DNA from: Burkholderiales bacterium
GTDB taxonomy: Bacteria > Pseudomonadota > Gammaproteobacteria > Burkholderiales > Burkholderiaceae_C
Assembly (NCBI GenBank): GCA_038200275.1
Contig: JBBPYC010000025.1
Location: 10,759 to 74,758, forward strand
Reading direction: 5' to 3'
Length of the DNA stretch: 64,000 nt
In this document: positions 1 to 9,836 of the stretch, one piece after another
How the letters are laid out: the number at the start of each line of letters is the position of its first letter
Position numbering within the stretch: position 1 is the stretch's first letter
Position numbers and translations under genes: made by a program
Notes under the pieces: model-generated
The model's database searches: none
What the model was told of the DNA's origin: nothing
What the model saw: the letters and a program-made list of their open reading frames with translations, nothing else

Positions 1-218
1 TGCCGTGCTGCCGTGACTTGCACGACCCCGCTTGCGCAATAAGCCAGTTGTGCCCACGGATGCCGATGCGGTTCGAAATGCGAATCGGCCGCGAAACTGC
101 GCGCCCGCAACCGCACCGGCCGCGCGGCATCGGGCGTGAACGCATCGAGATCGCCAATCGGCGCCTCAACGCGGCTGCCACGCTGAGCCGTCTTTGCGCG
201 CTGCGAGAGTTGCGTCAT
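1..218 (-). CDS. AraC-family transcriptional regulator, N-terminal effector (cupin-like) part; gene continues beyond the left edge
   Basis: Hand translation of the minus strand from the ATG (complement of 216-218) gives MTQLSQRAKTAQRGSRVEAPIGDLDAFTPDAARPVRLRARSFAADSHFEPHRHPWAQLAYCASGVVQVTAAR. The HxHxWxQLxY pattern is typical of AraC/XylS sensor domains. The gene is divergent from the MFS gene. It has no stop in the window, so it is absent from the ORF track. Confidence 0.5.
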   Translation of the reverse strand, partial: MTQLSQRAKTAQRGSRVEAPIGDLDAFTPDAARPVRLRARSFAADSHFEPHRHPWAQLAYCASGVVQVTAAR

Positions 219-278
219 GGGTGCCTGGCAGGTTTTCGCTGGAAACTGGCGTTTTATCGCATTTCGACGGTGCCGCCA

Positions 279-1574
279 ATGGCTAGCATTCCGGCCATGA
301 ATCCGAAGACCGCCGCCGCCACCCCTTCCATACCGGCTGCGTCCGGTACGCCGGCTTTTGGCGCCGATGCGCGGCTGATTGGCCTGGTCGGCCTTGCGCA
401 CGGCGTCAGCCACTTCTGCCAGTTGCTGCTCGCGCCGTTGTTCCCGTGGTTGAAGGATGTATTTAACGTCAACTACACCGAACTCGGCATCGTGCTGACG
501 GTGTTCTACGTGGTGTCGTGCGCGGTGCAGGCGGCGTCCGGCTTCGTGGTCGACAAGGTCGGGCCGCGACCGGTGCTGTTCATCGGGCTCGGGCTGTTGT
601 CGGTGGCGGCGCTGTTCTATGCGAGCGCACAAAGCTACTGGATGCTGATCGTGGGCGCCGTCATCGCCGGTGTTGGCAACGGCGTGTTTCACCCAGTGGA
701 CTACACATTGTTCAACCGCAAGGTGGCGCCCACGCGGCTGGGCCATGCCTACAGCGTGCACGGCATCACGGGCAGCCTGGGCTGGGCGATGGCGCCGCTG
801 TTCGTGCTGCCGATCGCCATTGCGTACTCGTGGCGCGTCGCACTGGTGGCGGCTGCAGGCGTCGCATTCGTCGTGCTGGCGGTGCTGTGGTTCAACCGCA
901 GCGTGTTCAAGCTCGACGCCAAGGCCGTGCAGCAGGCCACCGGCCATGAGCCCGACGTGCCGCTGTCGGCCGGTGAATTCGATTTTTTGAAGATCCCCGC
1001 GGTCTGGATGTGCTTCGGGTTCTTCTTTTTGTACGCGATGGTGATCAGCGTCGTGCAGACGTTCGCACCCGTGGCTGCTGGTCATCTGCACGATGTGCCG
1101 GTGGCGCTGGTTGCCAGTTTCCTGACCATCTACATGGTGGCCAGTGCGGGCGGCATGGTCGCCGGCGGTTTTCTTGCGACCGACCCCGCGCGCTGTGAGC
1201 GCATCGTCGGCATCGGCTTCGGCGTGGCGGCCTGCATGGCGCTGCTGCTCGCGCTGGCCGACATCGCGCCGCCGGTGGTGCCGGTGCTGTTCGGGCTGAT
1301 GGGTTTTGCCTCAGGCTTGGCTGGGCCGTCGCGCGATCTACTGGTCAAGCGTTCCACCCCGGCAAACGCAAGCGGGCGCGTCTATGGCGTGGTGTATGCG
1401 GGGTTGGACATCGGACAAGCCTTTGCGCCGCTGATCTTTGGCCGGCTGATGGACCATGGGCAGGATGCGTCGGTGATCCTTGGGCTCGCGCTGGTGCAGG
1501 CGCTGCTGATTGCGAGTGCCTTCAACGTTCGGCGGGCACGGCGTGAGCCGATGGGGGTGCCGGCGCCGGTCTGA
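279..1574 (+). CDS. MFS transporter
   Basis: ORF 18..1574 is a multi-TM hydrophobic protein with an MFS-like loop (GFVVDKVGPRPV). I moved the start to ATG 279 (MASIPAM...) because the upstream 87 codons are Arg-rich and lie in the divergent promoter region. Confidence 0.8.
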   Translation: MASIPAMNPKTAAATPSIPAASGTPAFGADARLIGLVGLAHGVSHFCQLLLAPLFPWLKDVFNVNYTELGIVLTVFYVVSCAVQAASGFVVDKVGPRPVLFIGLGLLSVAALFYASAQSYWMLIVGAVIAGVGNGVFHPVDYTLFNRKVAPTRLGHAYSVHGITGSLGWAMAPLFVLPIAIAYSWRVALVAAAGVAFVVLAVLWFNRSVFKLDAKAVQQATGHEPDVPLSAGEFDFLKIPAVWMCFGFFFLYAMVISVVQTFAPVAAGHLHDVPVALVASFLTIYMVASAGGMVAGGFLATDPARCERIVGIGFGVAACMALLLALADIAPPVVPVLFGLMGFASGLAGPSRDLLVKRSTPANASGRVYGVVYAGLDIGQAFAPLIFGRLMDHGQDASVILGLALVQALLIASAFNVRRARREPMGVPAPV

Positions 1575-1775
1575 ACGTTGATGTGAAGCTGTTTTTTTTT
1601 GCAATCGGTCAAGACGAGTTGCCGCGTCGCTTGCACCGATGCCGAACGCTGGACCGACCGAAGCTGCACCGGCGCGGTAGAGACCGGGCTGCCGCTGCAT
1701 CTGCCGTACCCCCGCGCATGGCGTATCGCAGCGGCCACCAACCGTCGCTGAAAGTGGCATCCGCGTTCCGCTACA

Positions 1776-3143
1776 TCAAGGCTCGGCTGGCGCGGCGTCG
1801 GGCCGATGCAGTTCACGACGGGCGCGCCGAAGCGCAAAGATCACGACGCACGCGACCAAGGGAATCGACAGGCCGACGAGCAGATCGGGCTGCAGCGCAA
1901 GACCGCCGGCCTTGCCGGCCTTCGCCAGGTAGCCGATCAGTCCGGTGACGTAATAGACGATCGCTGCGACGGACAAACCTTCAACGGTTTGCTGCAATCG
2001 CAGTTGCAACTTGGCGCGCCGATCCATCGAAGCGAGCAGCGCCTGGTTCTGTCGCTCACGCGCGATGTCGACGCGGGTGGACAACAGCGCACTTGCCTGG
2101 GCCACGCGGTCCGAGAGGCCGTGCAGCCGCAGCGATGTCGATGCGCAAGTCGCAACTGCGGGTGCCAATCGGCGCGCCATGAATTCGCCGATCGGCTGAA
2201 TTCCTGGCAGTCGGGTCTCGCGCAACTCCTGAATTCGGGAAGTCACGAGTTGGTAATAAGCGCGGCAGGCACCGAACCTGAACTCACTGGTGGACAAGCC
2301 CCGTTCGATCTCTGCAGCAAGGCGGGTCAAGTCCTGCAGCAGCGCCTCGTCCTGGCCGCCTTCGATGGCGATTTGCGAGGTCAGTTGCACCAGGGAAGCT
2401 TCGATTTCGACGATCCGGGGCGCCAGCGCGCGTGCGATCGGGAAAGCGAGCAGCGACAGCATCCGATACGCTTCGATCTCGAATAATCGCTGAAGCATCC
2501 GGCCCGCCTGACGCTCTGAGAAGTGGCGATTGCACACCACGAAACGGGCGAACCCGTCTGCATGGATTTTGAAGTCCGTGTAAGCAAATCCAGCCCCGCC
2601 GCCGATCTCTCCGCCGACGACCGTTTGACCGTCGAAATACGAGGCCAAGTCAGCCGAATCGAGCGGCGGTTCCGTGGCGGTCATCAGCTGGGCGTGAGCC
2701 GCTGCGATGGTCGTTCCGGGCAGCGCGGCGAGCCAGCCGACCGGCAGCAGCGTCGTGACGGGCTCGGTGAACGGACGTGGGCTCAAGCCCGGCGTCATCA
2801 TGGTGAAACCGGAGAACTCGCCGTGCCTCTCCCACGTGAACCGAATCGCCCCCAACTGGGCGCAGAAATAGCTGATGCCTTCGGCAGGTGGGGCGATTGC
2901 GAAATGTCTGCAAAGCTCGGCCATATGGACCCGCTCCCGCTCGCGATCCTCGAGCGTGGTCAAGACGGCGACGTACGTCGCGCGGCAGGGCGTGCTCAGC
3001 GGCTGTGAGGGCCTTGCGTGAACCTCATCGGACAACGCCAGCCGAGCGGGATGGTCTGGTGGAAGCACGTTGATTCCTGTTTTGATGGCGCGACGCGACA
3101 GTGGTCGGACGCCGGTGCATCGATGTCGACACCCAACGATCAC
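1776..3143 (-). CDS. DUF3422 family membrane-anchored protein
   Basis: 455-aa ORF. The N-terminal HPARLALSDEVHARP motif, the long helical middle and two C-terminal TM helices match my memory of DUF3422. The true start may be the internal GTG near 3068. Confidence 0.65.
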   Translation of the reverse strand: MIVGCRHRCTGVRPLSRRAIKTGINVLPPDHPARLALSDEVHARPSQPLSTPCRATYVAVLTTLEDRERERVHMAELCRHFAIAPPAEGISYFCAQLGAIRFTWERHGEFSGFTMMTPGLSPRPFTEPVTTLLPVGWLAALPGTTIAAAHAQLMTATEPPLDSADLASYFDGQTVVGGEIGGGAGFAYTDFKIHADGFARFVVCNRHFSERQAGRMLQRLFEIEAYRMLSLLAFPIARALAPRIVEIEASLVQLTSQIAIEGGQDEALLQDLTRLAAEIERGLSTSEFRFGACRAYYQLVTSRIQELRETRLPGIQPIGEFMARRLAPAVATCASTSLRLHGLSDRVAQASALLSTRVDIARERQNQALLASMDRRAKLQLRLQQTVEGLSVAAIVYYVTGLIGYLAKAGKAGGLALQPDLLVGLSIPLVACVVIFALRRARRELHRPDAAPAEP

Positions 3144-3268
3144 GACCCGAGCCGAAAGCTTTGGGACCGATCCATCATCGCCGAATGCAGAACCTCAGAC
3201 TATCTGCGTGGGGGAGGGATTGCAGGCGGTGGCCCTGCTTATTGCGGCTGTGCATTGGCGGCGCACGA

Positions 3269-4147
3269 TCAAACCACGCTGCGATGTCGCTCGATGCAAG
3301 TGTCCAGCACCACCTCCCCATCGCGCTGCCACCAGTCGCGCTCCGAGAAGATTTCGACTTCGCTGAAACTTGCGAACCCGGCCGCTTCCATCCAGCCGCG
3401 AACCTTCTTCAGCTCGATCACGCCGTCGCCCATCATCCCGCGGTCGGACAGCAGATCGCGCGTTGGCGTAAGCCAGTCGCAGACGTGAAAAGCATGCAGG
3501 CGCTTCGCACCCGCGCGCGCGATCTGCGCTTCGAGCTTAGGGTCCCACCAGACGTGATAGACGTCAACCGCCACACCCAGCGCGCCGGTGTGTCTCGGGT
3601 CCAGCTCGTCGCACAGATCGAGCGCATGCTCCATCGTGTTGATGCACGCGCGGTCGGCGGCTTGCATCGGGTGCAGCGGCTCGATCGCCAACGGCATCTT
3701 GACCGTGCGTGCGTAGTCAAGCGAAGCCGCGATGCCGTCATGCACTTCGCTGCGCGCGCGCGCAATGTCCTTGTAAGCCGGCTTGCCTTCCAGCGCACCG
3801 GGCAGCGCACCGACCACCAGCACCAGGCACGGCGCATTCAGCAGCACCGCTTCGTCGATCGCGCGGCGGTTGTCGTCGAGCGCGGCTTGCCGACCAGCCG
3901 CGTCAGCCGCCGGGAAGAAGCCGCCACGGCAGTAGCCAGACAGGCGCATGTCGTACGCCTTCAACTGTGCTGCAACGCGCCTCAGGCCGACCGCCGCGAC
4001 CTGATCGCGCCATGGGCTGATCGCGCGGATGTTGCGCGCGTTGCACTCGTCGATGATGCGGTCGAGCGGTACTTCCGCGCCGCGCTGTTTGCGCAGTGTG
4101 GCGGTGTTGATCGACAGCCATTCGTGGCTCTGGGAAAAGTCTCGCAT
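3269..4147 (-). CDS. sugar phosphate isomerase/epimerase (xylose-isomerase-like TIM barrel)
   Basis: 292-aa ORF with family-typical strings (LAIEPLHP, VDVYHVWWD, HVCDW). Last gene of the minus-strand operon. Confidence 0.8.
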   Translation of the reverse strand: MRDFSQSHEWLSINTATLRKQRGAEVPLDRIIDECNARNIRAISPWRDQVAAVGLRRVAAQLKAYDMRLSGYCRGGFFPAADAAGRQAALDDNRRAIDEAVLLNAPCLVLVVGALPGALEGKPAYKDIARARSEVHDGIAASLDYARTVKMPLAIEPLHPMQAADRACINTMEHALDLCDELDPRHTGALGVAVDVYHVWWDPKLEAQIARAGAKRLHAFHVCDWLTPTRDLLSDRGMMGDGVIELKKVRGWMEAAGFASFSEVEIFSERDWWQRDGEVVLDTCIERHRSVV

Positions 4148-4214
4148 GGGGTTCGCCTCCGGGTTGCGAATCAGGCCTGACTTGATTTAATACGCAGGCG
4201 CCAACGCGTTGGCT

Positions 4215-5642
4215 TCAGTTCAAGCGTTGCATCGCATCGAACATTGGCATCGCTCCGCTGGCATAGCCGGTGCCCTCGAGCGATGCAAGCGCGATGCGGC
4301 CACCTTCGATGCGCAGCCGCACGGTGCCGTGTGAGCGTTCATACACGTCACCGTGTGCCGCCAAGAACGCCTGCTGCTCTTGCTGCGGCAGCGCGGCCAT
4401 GCCGTTCACGTAGTGATGGCCGTTGCGCTCAACGTGCTTGATGCCGAGCAAATTCACAAGTGCCAGATCCTGTTGCACCGAGAGGCCGGCTTGCGTCGTA
4501 AGGTCTTCGGCCGACATGAAGTAACGCACCTTATTTTGTTCGACATTCCAGGCTTCACAACGCGCTGCATTCAAGATCGATTTGTAAATGCCCTTACAGG
4601 TCTTGGAGGACACCCCCGAATAGCCGCGCACGCGCGCCTGCACAAAGGTGGACAGTTCGCCGTCGGACTCATCAATGATCACCGGCTTGCCTAACGCCTG
4701 CGCCTCAGTGCGCAGATCGACATCGAGCGCGGTCTTGCGGTTGATTGGCTGCTCGATGAACAGAATCGATTCGTAGAGCCGCGCAAGCTTGGGCGACTGC
4801 CGCAGGCGCACCATCAACTCGGCGATGCCGGCCGCGTCGGCGTATTGTTCGTTGCCGTCCAGCGAGGCAAAGTAGGGTGCCGACAGCTCGGTATCCAGCA
4901 CCGCGGCAATCTCGGTCAGGCGTGTCAAATCGGCTTCGATGTGGCCAGCGACCTTGAGCTTGAAATAGCGATGACCATAGGCTTGAACGACTTCGCGCAG
5001 CGTCTCGGGCAAGCCGTCGTTCACGCGGTCAGACGGCGCAATCGTGCCGATCGCATCGACCAGCCCGACCGTGTGACGCGCTTCGATCGACGTGGCCGGG
5101 CGCAGCGATTTGAGGAATGCATCGATGCCGAGCCCGCTGAACTCGGCGCGACCGGTGCCAATGCCAGCAAGGTTGCCTTGCACCGCCTGATAGAACGATG
5201 TGCCCGCGCTCCGGCACAACGCATCGAGCACTGCACGGTCCAGCAGCGCCGGGCCGTAGCTCGCAAGCAGCGGATTGAAGCCTCGCGCAGCCGCAGCTTG
5301 GCAGTGCGCGTCGTGGTGCCGCGCGAAGTGGCCGAATGCGGTGGAGGCGGTCGCATCGCTCAGGTAAGCCTCGTGCGCCATCTTGGTGACGCGCCGCAAC
5401 TGGTCGAAGTTGTCTTCGTTGCTCAAATCCAGGTTCTTGTCGAACCATTTCGGCGCCATCATCTCGGCCGCCGCGCCCCAGGCGCCTCTGCCATCGGGCA
5501 GCTCAATGCGCACGCGCGCAAACGCCTGCGGGCACTGGGTCAGCGTGACAACGCCGAAACGAAACGGCAGCCGCAGCTCGACCGGGCGCTCGTAGCGTTC
5601 AACCTCGACAATCTTGAATGCGGTCGTCGTGACTTCAGGCAT
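4215..5642 (-). CDS. enolase-superfamily enzyme (mandelate racemase/muconate lactonizing type), unusually long
   Basis: 475-aa ORF with KxK (YFKLKV, K228/K230), metal ligands SLDGNEQ / IEQP / IIDESD, and a second base SSKTCK. The start overlaps the upstream gene by 8 nt. Confidence 0.8.
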   Translation of the reverse strand: MPEVTTTAFKIVEVERYERPVELRLPFRFGVVTLTQCPQAFARVRIELPDGRGAWGAAAEMMAPKWFDKNLDLSNEDNFDQLRRVTKMAHEAYLSDATASTAFGHFARHHDAHCQAAAARGFNPLLASYGPALLDRAVLDALCRSAGTSFYQAVQGNLAGIGTGRAEFSGLGIDAFLKSLRPATSIEARHTVGLVDAIGTIAPSDRVNDGLPETLREVVQAYGHRYFKLKVAGHIEADLTRLTEIAAVLDTELSAPYFASLDGNEQYADAAGIAELMVRLRQSPKLARLYESILFIEQPINRKTALDVDLRTEAQALGKPVIIDESDGELSTFVQARVRGYSGVSSKTCKGIYKSILNAARCEAWNVEQNKVRYFMSAEDLTTQAGLSVQQDLALVNLLGIKHVERNGHHYVNGMAALPQQEQQAFLAAHGDVYERSHGTVRLRIEGGRIALASLEGTGYASGAMPMFDAMQRLN

Positions 5643-6480
5643 GAAATGCTTCCTCCAGGCCGCGCAGGTAGCCGATGGCGTGTGCGGCCGAACCCATGCC
5701 GTCGGGCACGTAGTCGAACGGTTCCACCGCGACGATGCCGTGGTAGTGGCCGCCGTTCATCATGTCTTGCAACGCGGCCACGATCGGCGCAAAGCGCATG
5801 TCCCCCTGACCAGGACCGCGTCGATTCGGGTCGTTCACCTGCACGTGGGCGATGCGGCCGCTCGGCATCCAGCGGCGCATCAGGTCGGCCACGTCCTCGG
5901 CTTCGACCTGGCCGGCTGCGCTGCAGTCGATCATCGTCTTGAAGGCAGGGGAGTCGATCGAATCGACCAATGCCGCAGCCTGCCCCACCGTGTTGATCAG
6001 ATCGGTCTCAGCGGTGGAGAGCGGCTCGACGCAATAGACCACGCCGCATTGCCGCGCATGTTGCGCAGCCTTCGCAAAGCAGGCTTGTGCGCGCTCGTAG
6101 GCTTCGCTGTACATCGTGTCGGGCGGGACCGAACGCTGCTTCGGCGATCCGTGCACGAGGTACTGCCCGCCCATCAACGCACACAGCTCGATCAGCCGCA
6201 GCATGAATGTGGTGGTGCGCTCACGCAAGGCCGCATCGGCATTCACGATCGACAAGCCAGCCGGCGCCACCAACAGCCAGTGCAGCCCGCTGATCGCCAC
6301 GCCGTGGTCGGCTGCGATGCGTGCGAAGTCCAGCGCGTTCGCATCGGTGATCGTGCGCGGATCGTCGGCCAGGGTGAACGGCGCGACTTCAAGTGCGTCG
6401 TAGCCGAGCACGGCGGCCACCCGGCATTGTTCGGCGAAGTCGAGGTGCTTGAGCACTTCGTTGCAAAGGGCAAATTTCAT
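5635..6480 (-). CDS. sugar phosphate isomerase/epimerase (xylose-isomerase-like TIM barrel)
   Basis: ORF 5635..6537. The start is trimmed to the ATG at 6478-6480 (MKFALCNEVL...). Family-typical strings include VEPL and HVQVND. Confidence 0.8.
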   Translation of the reverse strand: MKFALCNEVLKHLDFAEQCRVAAVLGYDALEVAPFTLADDPRTITDANALDFARIAADHGVAISGLHWLLVAPAGLSIVNADAALRERTTTFMLRLIELCALMGGQYLVHGSPKQRSVPPDTMYSEAYERAQACFAKAAQHARQCGVVYCVEPLSTAETDLINTVGQAAALVDSIDSPAFKTMIDCSAAGQVEAEDVADLMRRWMPSGRIAHVQVNDPNRRGPGQGDMRFAPIVAALQDMMNGGHYHGIVAVEPFDYVPDGMGSAAHAIGYLRGLEEAFHA

Positions 6481-6600
6481 CAATATCGGCTCAGACTGGT
6501 TTTGGTTTTTTGGAAGCGCACATCTCGCCAGCGGCAAATGGAGGTCCCACCACCAGATCCAGCGGGGGCCGTGCAGTTGGCTAGGGGTGGGTCTCCATCT

Positions 6601-8121
6601 CTAGCGCCGCAGTACGGCGCGCTTGATGGCGCCATAGCCGCCACGCAGGCGCTGGTTGACGGCCGGGATGTACATCAGCATGGTCAGGATCGTGACGCCT
6701 GCCAGCGCCATGCAGATCGGCCGCGTGAAGAACGGCGCCAGGCTGCCGTCCGACAGCACCAAGCCGCGTCGCAGACTTTTGTCGAGCAACTCACCAAGCA
6801 CCAGGCCCAGCACGAACGGTGCCATCTCGTAGCCGCGCCGGCGCAGGAAGAATGCACCGACACCGATCACGAGCATTGCGTACACATCGAACAGCCGCTG
6901 CGAAATTGCAAACGCGCCGACCACGCACAGCACGAAGATGATCGGCATCAAAACGGCCCGCGGCACGCGCAGCACATACAGCAGCGGGCGCACCATGAAC
7001 AAGCCGAAAAACAAAATCGCAAATGAAGCAAGTGTCGTCATCGCGACCACGTCGTAGATGAAATGCGGTGTCTTGATCATCAGCATCGGGCCCGGCTGGA
7101 TGCCGTGGATGATCATCGCGGCCAGCAGCACCGCAGACGGTGCCGAACCCGGGATGCCCAGCGCAAGCGCGGGGATCATCGCGCCGGGGATGGCCGACAT
7201 GTCGCCGGTCTCAGCCGCCATCAACCCGTCGATCGAACCCTTGCCGAATTGATCGCGATCCTTGCTGGTGGCCTTGGCAGCGGCGTACGACATCCAGGCC
7301 CCCGAGTCCTCGCCGACACCGGGCAGGATGCCGGTCGCCACGCCGATCACGCCGGAGCGCAGCACCGTCTTCCAGTGCGTAACCACTTCCCGAAAACGCG
7401 GCAGCACCGAGTCGCGCATGTCCACCATCTTGCGTTCGATCGGATCGGCCAACGCGGTCAGCACCTCGGCAAAACCGAATGCACCGATCAGCGCCGGAAT
7501 CAGGGCAATGCCGCCGCCGAGTTCATCGAAGCCGAACGTAAAACGGTTGTATGCGTAGATGCCTTCCTGCCCGATCTGTGCGACGAGCAAGCCCAGGCAG
7601 CCCATCAGCCAACCCTTCAAAGGATCGTTGCCGACGATGCTGCCCGAGATCGATACCCCGAACAGCGCGAGCCAGAAGAACTCGAACGCGCCGAACGACA
7701 GCGCGACTTCGGCCAGCGCCGGCGTGAACAGCGCAAGGCACAGCACCCCGAACAAGGTGCCGGTGAACGAGCCTGACGTCGCAATGCCGATCGCGCGACC
7801 CGCTTCGCCGCGCCGCGCGAGCGCAAATCCGTCCGCGCACGACGCCGCGTTTGCCGCCGTGCCCGGGATGTTCAAAAGAATGGCGGTGCGGCTGCCGCCG
7901 TAGATGGTGCCGACGTATGAGCAGATCAGGATCAGGATCGCATCATTCGGCGGCAGCTTGATCGTGAGGGTGGTCAGCAGCGCAATGCACAGCGTGGCCG
8001 ACAAGCCCGGCAGCACACCGACGATGATGCCCAAGAGCGCCGCGCCCAGACCGTACGTGATCGACGTGACGTTCAGAAAGCCGAGGTACGACTGCCCCAG
8101 CATGGAAAGGCCTTCGAGCAT
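6601..8121 (-). CDS. tctA: tripartite tricarboxylate transporter, large permease TctA
   Basis: ORF 6601..8367. Trimmed to the ATG at 8119-8121 (MLEGLSMLGQ...), which gives about 507 aa and avoids overlap with tctB. Polytopic TctA-like sequence (GILPGVGEDSGAWMSY). Confidence 0.9.
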   Translation of the reverse strand: MLEGLSMLGQSYLGFLNVTSITYGLGAALLGIIVGVLPGLSATLCIALLTTLTIKLPPNDAILILICSYVGTIYGGSRTAILLNIPGTAANAASCADGFALARRGEAGRAIGIATSGSFTGTLFGVLCLALFTPALAEVALSFGAFEFFWLALFGVSISGSIVGNDPLKGWLMGCLGLLVAQIGQEGIYAYNRFTFGFDELGGGIALIPALIGAFGFAEVLTALADPIERKMVDMRDSVLPRFREVVTHWKTVLRSGVIGVATGILPGVGEDSGAWMSYAAAKATSKDRDQFGKGSIDGLMAAETGDMSAIPGAMIPALALGIPGSAPSAVLLAAMIIHGIQPGPMLMIKTPHFIYDVVAMTTLASFAILFFGLFMVRPLLYVLRVPRAVLMPIIFVLCVVGAFAISQRLFDVYAMLVIGVGAFFLRRRGYEMAPFVLGLVLGELLDKSLRRGLVLSDGSLAPFFTRPICMALAGVTILTMLMYIPAVNQRLRGGYGAIKRAVLRR

Positions 8122-8147
8122 GTGCTGCGCCGCTGCGGGTTGTTTTT

Positions 8148-8771
8148 TTAGGGAAGCCTGACCAGGAACAAATCCTGGAACAGGAACGTCGTGCCAATAC
8201 CGGTCGCGATGCCCATTGCCAGCGAAAAAATCAAACCTCGCCAGCGTTGGCCGCGAGCGGTGCGATCGGCAAACTGCAGCACACCGATCGCCACAGCGAT
8301 AAAGATCGACGTGGCCAACCAGAATGGCAGGCCGTGTCCCATGAGCCCTGCTGCATAGCCGATGCACAAGACCAGTACGGTTGCGATGCGCCTCCGCTCG
8401 ATCTCCTCGCCGCGCTCCACATCCTCCACGCTGTGTGCCGATGACGACTGCACTACTGTTTCAGCAGGGTGTGCGTCGGTCGAGGTCTTGATCCGCTGCC
8501 ATGATCGCCACAGCAGCAGCGATCCGAACAGCACCACCGCCAGCCCGAGAAAACCCGGCAGCAGTCCTGGCACCGTGTAGGGGTTGATGTCCTGCTGCTC
8601 CAGCCGGTCCATGCGCCACGACAACACGATCACGACGATGCCGAAAACGATCCAGCCGATCGACTGGCGCAGATCGGCCTGGGGTGATGTGCGGCGAGCG
8701 GACGCTTCCCCCTTCGCCTCAGCATCCATCGGGTGCGTGATGGCCTCTGTGGCGTGCAGTTGCTGCGTCAT
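8148..8771 (-). CDS. tctB: tripartite tricarboxylate transporter, small permease TctB
   Basis: 207-aa ORF with four predicted TM helices, positioned between tctC and tctA. Confidence 0.75.
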   Translation of the reverse strand: MTQQLHATEAITHPMDAEAKGEASARRTSPQADLRQSIGWIVFGIVVIVLSWRMDRLEQQDINPYTVPGLLPGFLGLAVVLFGSLLLWRSWQRIKTSTDAHPAETVVQSSSAHSVEDVERGEEIERRRIATVLVLCIGYAAGLMGHGLPFWLATSIFIAVAIGVLQFADRTARGQRWRGLIFSLAMGIATGIGTTFLFQDLFLVRLP

Positions 8772-8783
8772 CGCGCGAACCGG

Positions 8784-9797
8784 TCAGGGACGCTGGATGC
8801 CCAACGTGTCCGGCGAGACTTTCGCCTTGCCGCTGTCAAACAGCAGCCATGTGTTCGCAGCGATCGCCGGTGCAACCGCCTCCTGCGCTGCCTGGCCCGA
8901 CAACGGTGAGAACAACGCGCCGCGGTTGTTCGCGTACTTCTTCAGCGCCGCGTTGTCCGCCATCTTGTCGGCCCAGATCTTTTCCATCGTTTTCACGACG
9001 TTGTCCGGCACGCCGTTCGGGATGAAGATGCCGAAATAATTGACCGGCGCCTTGAAACCCGGCACGGTCTTGGACAACGGCTCGATGCTGCCGTAGCCTT
9101 CCAGATCGAGCGCCTTGTCGCTGACGGTCGCGAGCGGACGAATCCGTTTGCCGCGGATCATGTCGGCTTGCTCGACTGCGAGTTGCGTGGTCACGTCGGT
9201 CTCGCCGGAGACGGTCGCGATCACGGCCGGGTTGCCGCCGTCGTAGGTCACATGCTTGTACTTGACGCCGGTGGCTTTCGCAATGAGCTCCATCGCGTTG
9301 TGGCCGGCGGAAGTAACGCCTGCAGTCGCCACGCTGACCTGGCCCGGCTTGGCTTTCATGGCATCAAGCAACGCGTTCGCGGTCTTGTACGGGGTGTTCG
9401 GATTCACACCGATCAACTGCACGTTCGCGACGCTCAAAAACACATGCCAGTCCTTGATCTTGGTGGCGAACATGCCGAGCGTCTCGTAGCTGCCCAGGTC
9501 CTGCGCGGCACCCGCTGTCCAGGTGTAGCCGTCTTTTGGCGCGTCCCACGCGCTTTTGCTGCCGATCGAGCCGGACGCACCAGGCTGGTTCACGATCACG
9601 ATCTTTTGATCGAGCGCTTTCTCAAGTTCTGCCGCGGTCACGCGCGTGACCTGATCGGTCGAGCCGCCAGCCGCCCACGGCACGATGATCGTGATCGGAT
9701 GGTCGGGCTTCCAGTCTTGTGCGAAGGCCGGGGCGCCGAGCGTGGTGGCAAGCATGGCCAGGACAGCGCTGCGGATCAAGGTTGTTTTCTTCATCAT
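8784..9797 (-). CDS. tctC: tripartite tricarboxylate transporter substrate-binding protein (TctC/Bug family)
   Basis: 337-aa ORF with a signal peptide (MMKKTTLIRSAVLAMLATTLGAPAFA) and the Bug-family motif ITIIVPWAAGGSTD. Confidence 0.9.
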   Translation of the reverse strand: MMKKTTLIRSAVLAMLATTLGAPAFAQDWKPDHPITIIVPWAAGGSTDQVTRVTAAELEKALDQKIVIVNQPGASGSIGSKSAWDAPKDGYTWTAGAAQDLGSYETLGMFATKIKDWHVFLSVANVQLIGVNPNTPYKTANALLDAMKAKPGQVSVATAGVTSAGHNAMELIAKATGVKYKHVTYDGGNPAVIATVSGETDVTTQLAVEQADMIRGKRIRPLATVSDKALDLEGYGSIEPLSKTVPGFKAPVNYFGIFIPNGVPDNVVKTMEKIWADKMADNAALKKYANNRGALFSPLSGQAAQEAVAPAIAANTWLLFDSGKAKVSPDTLGIQRP

Positions 9798-9836
9798 GGT
9801 TTGTCTCCTTCTGGGTCGATAAAAAAATACTGGGGA

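Noticed and set aside
18-278. N-terminal extensions in many ORF-track entries. Examples are 18..1574, 6601..8367, 15420..16463, 21451..22323, 24032..24913, 27124..29238, 46966..48000, 48130..49839, 51448..52416, 54871..56190 and 58011..60116.
   Set aside because: The extensions are Arg/Pro-rich, overlap upstream genes or promoters, and precede an internal Met that matches the canonical family N-terminus. I trimmed the starts accordingly.
1592-1600. A T9 run just after the MFS gene stop, considered as a possible intrinsic terminator.
   Set aside because: No convincing GC-rich stem precedes it. The only nearby palindrome, CCGGCGCCGG, has no loop.
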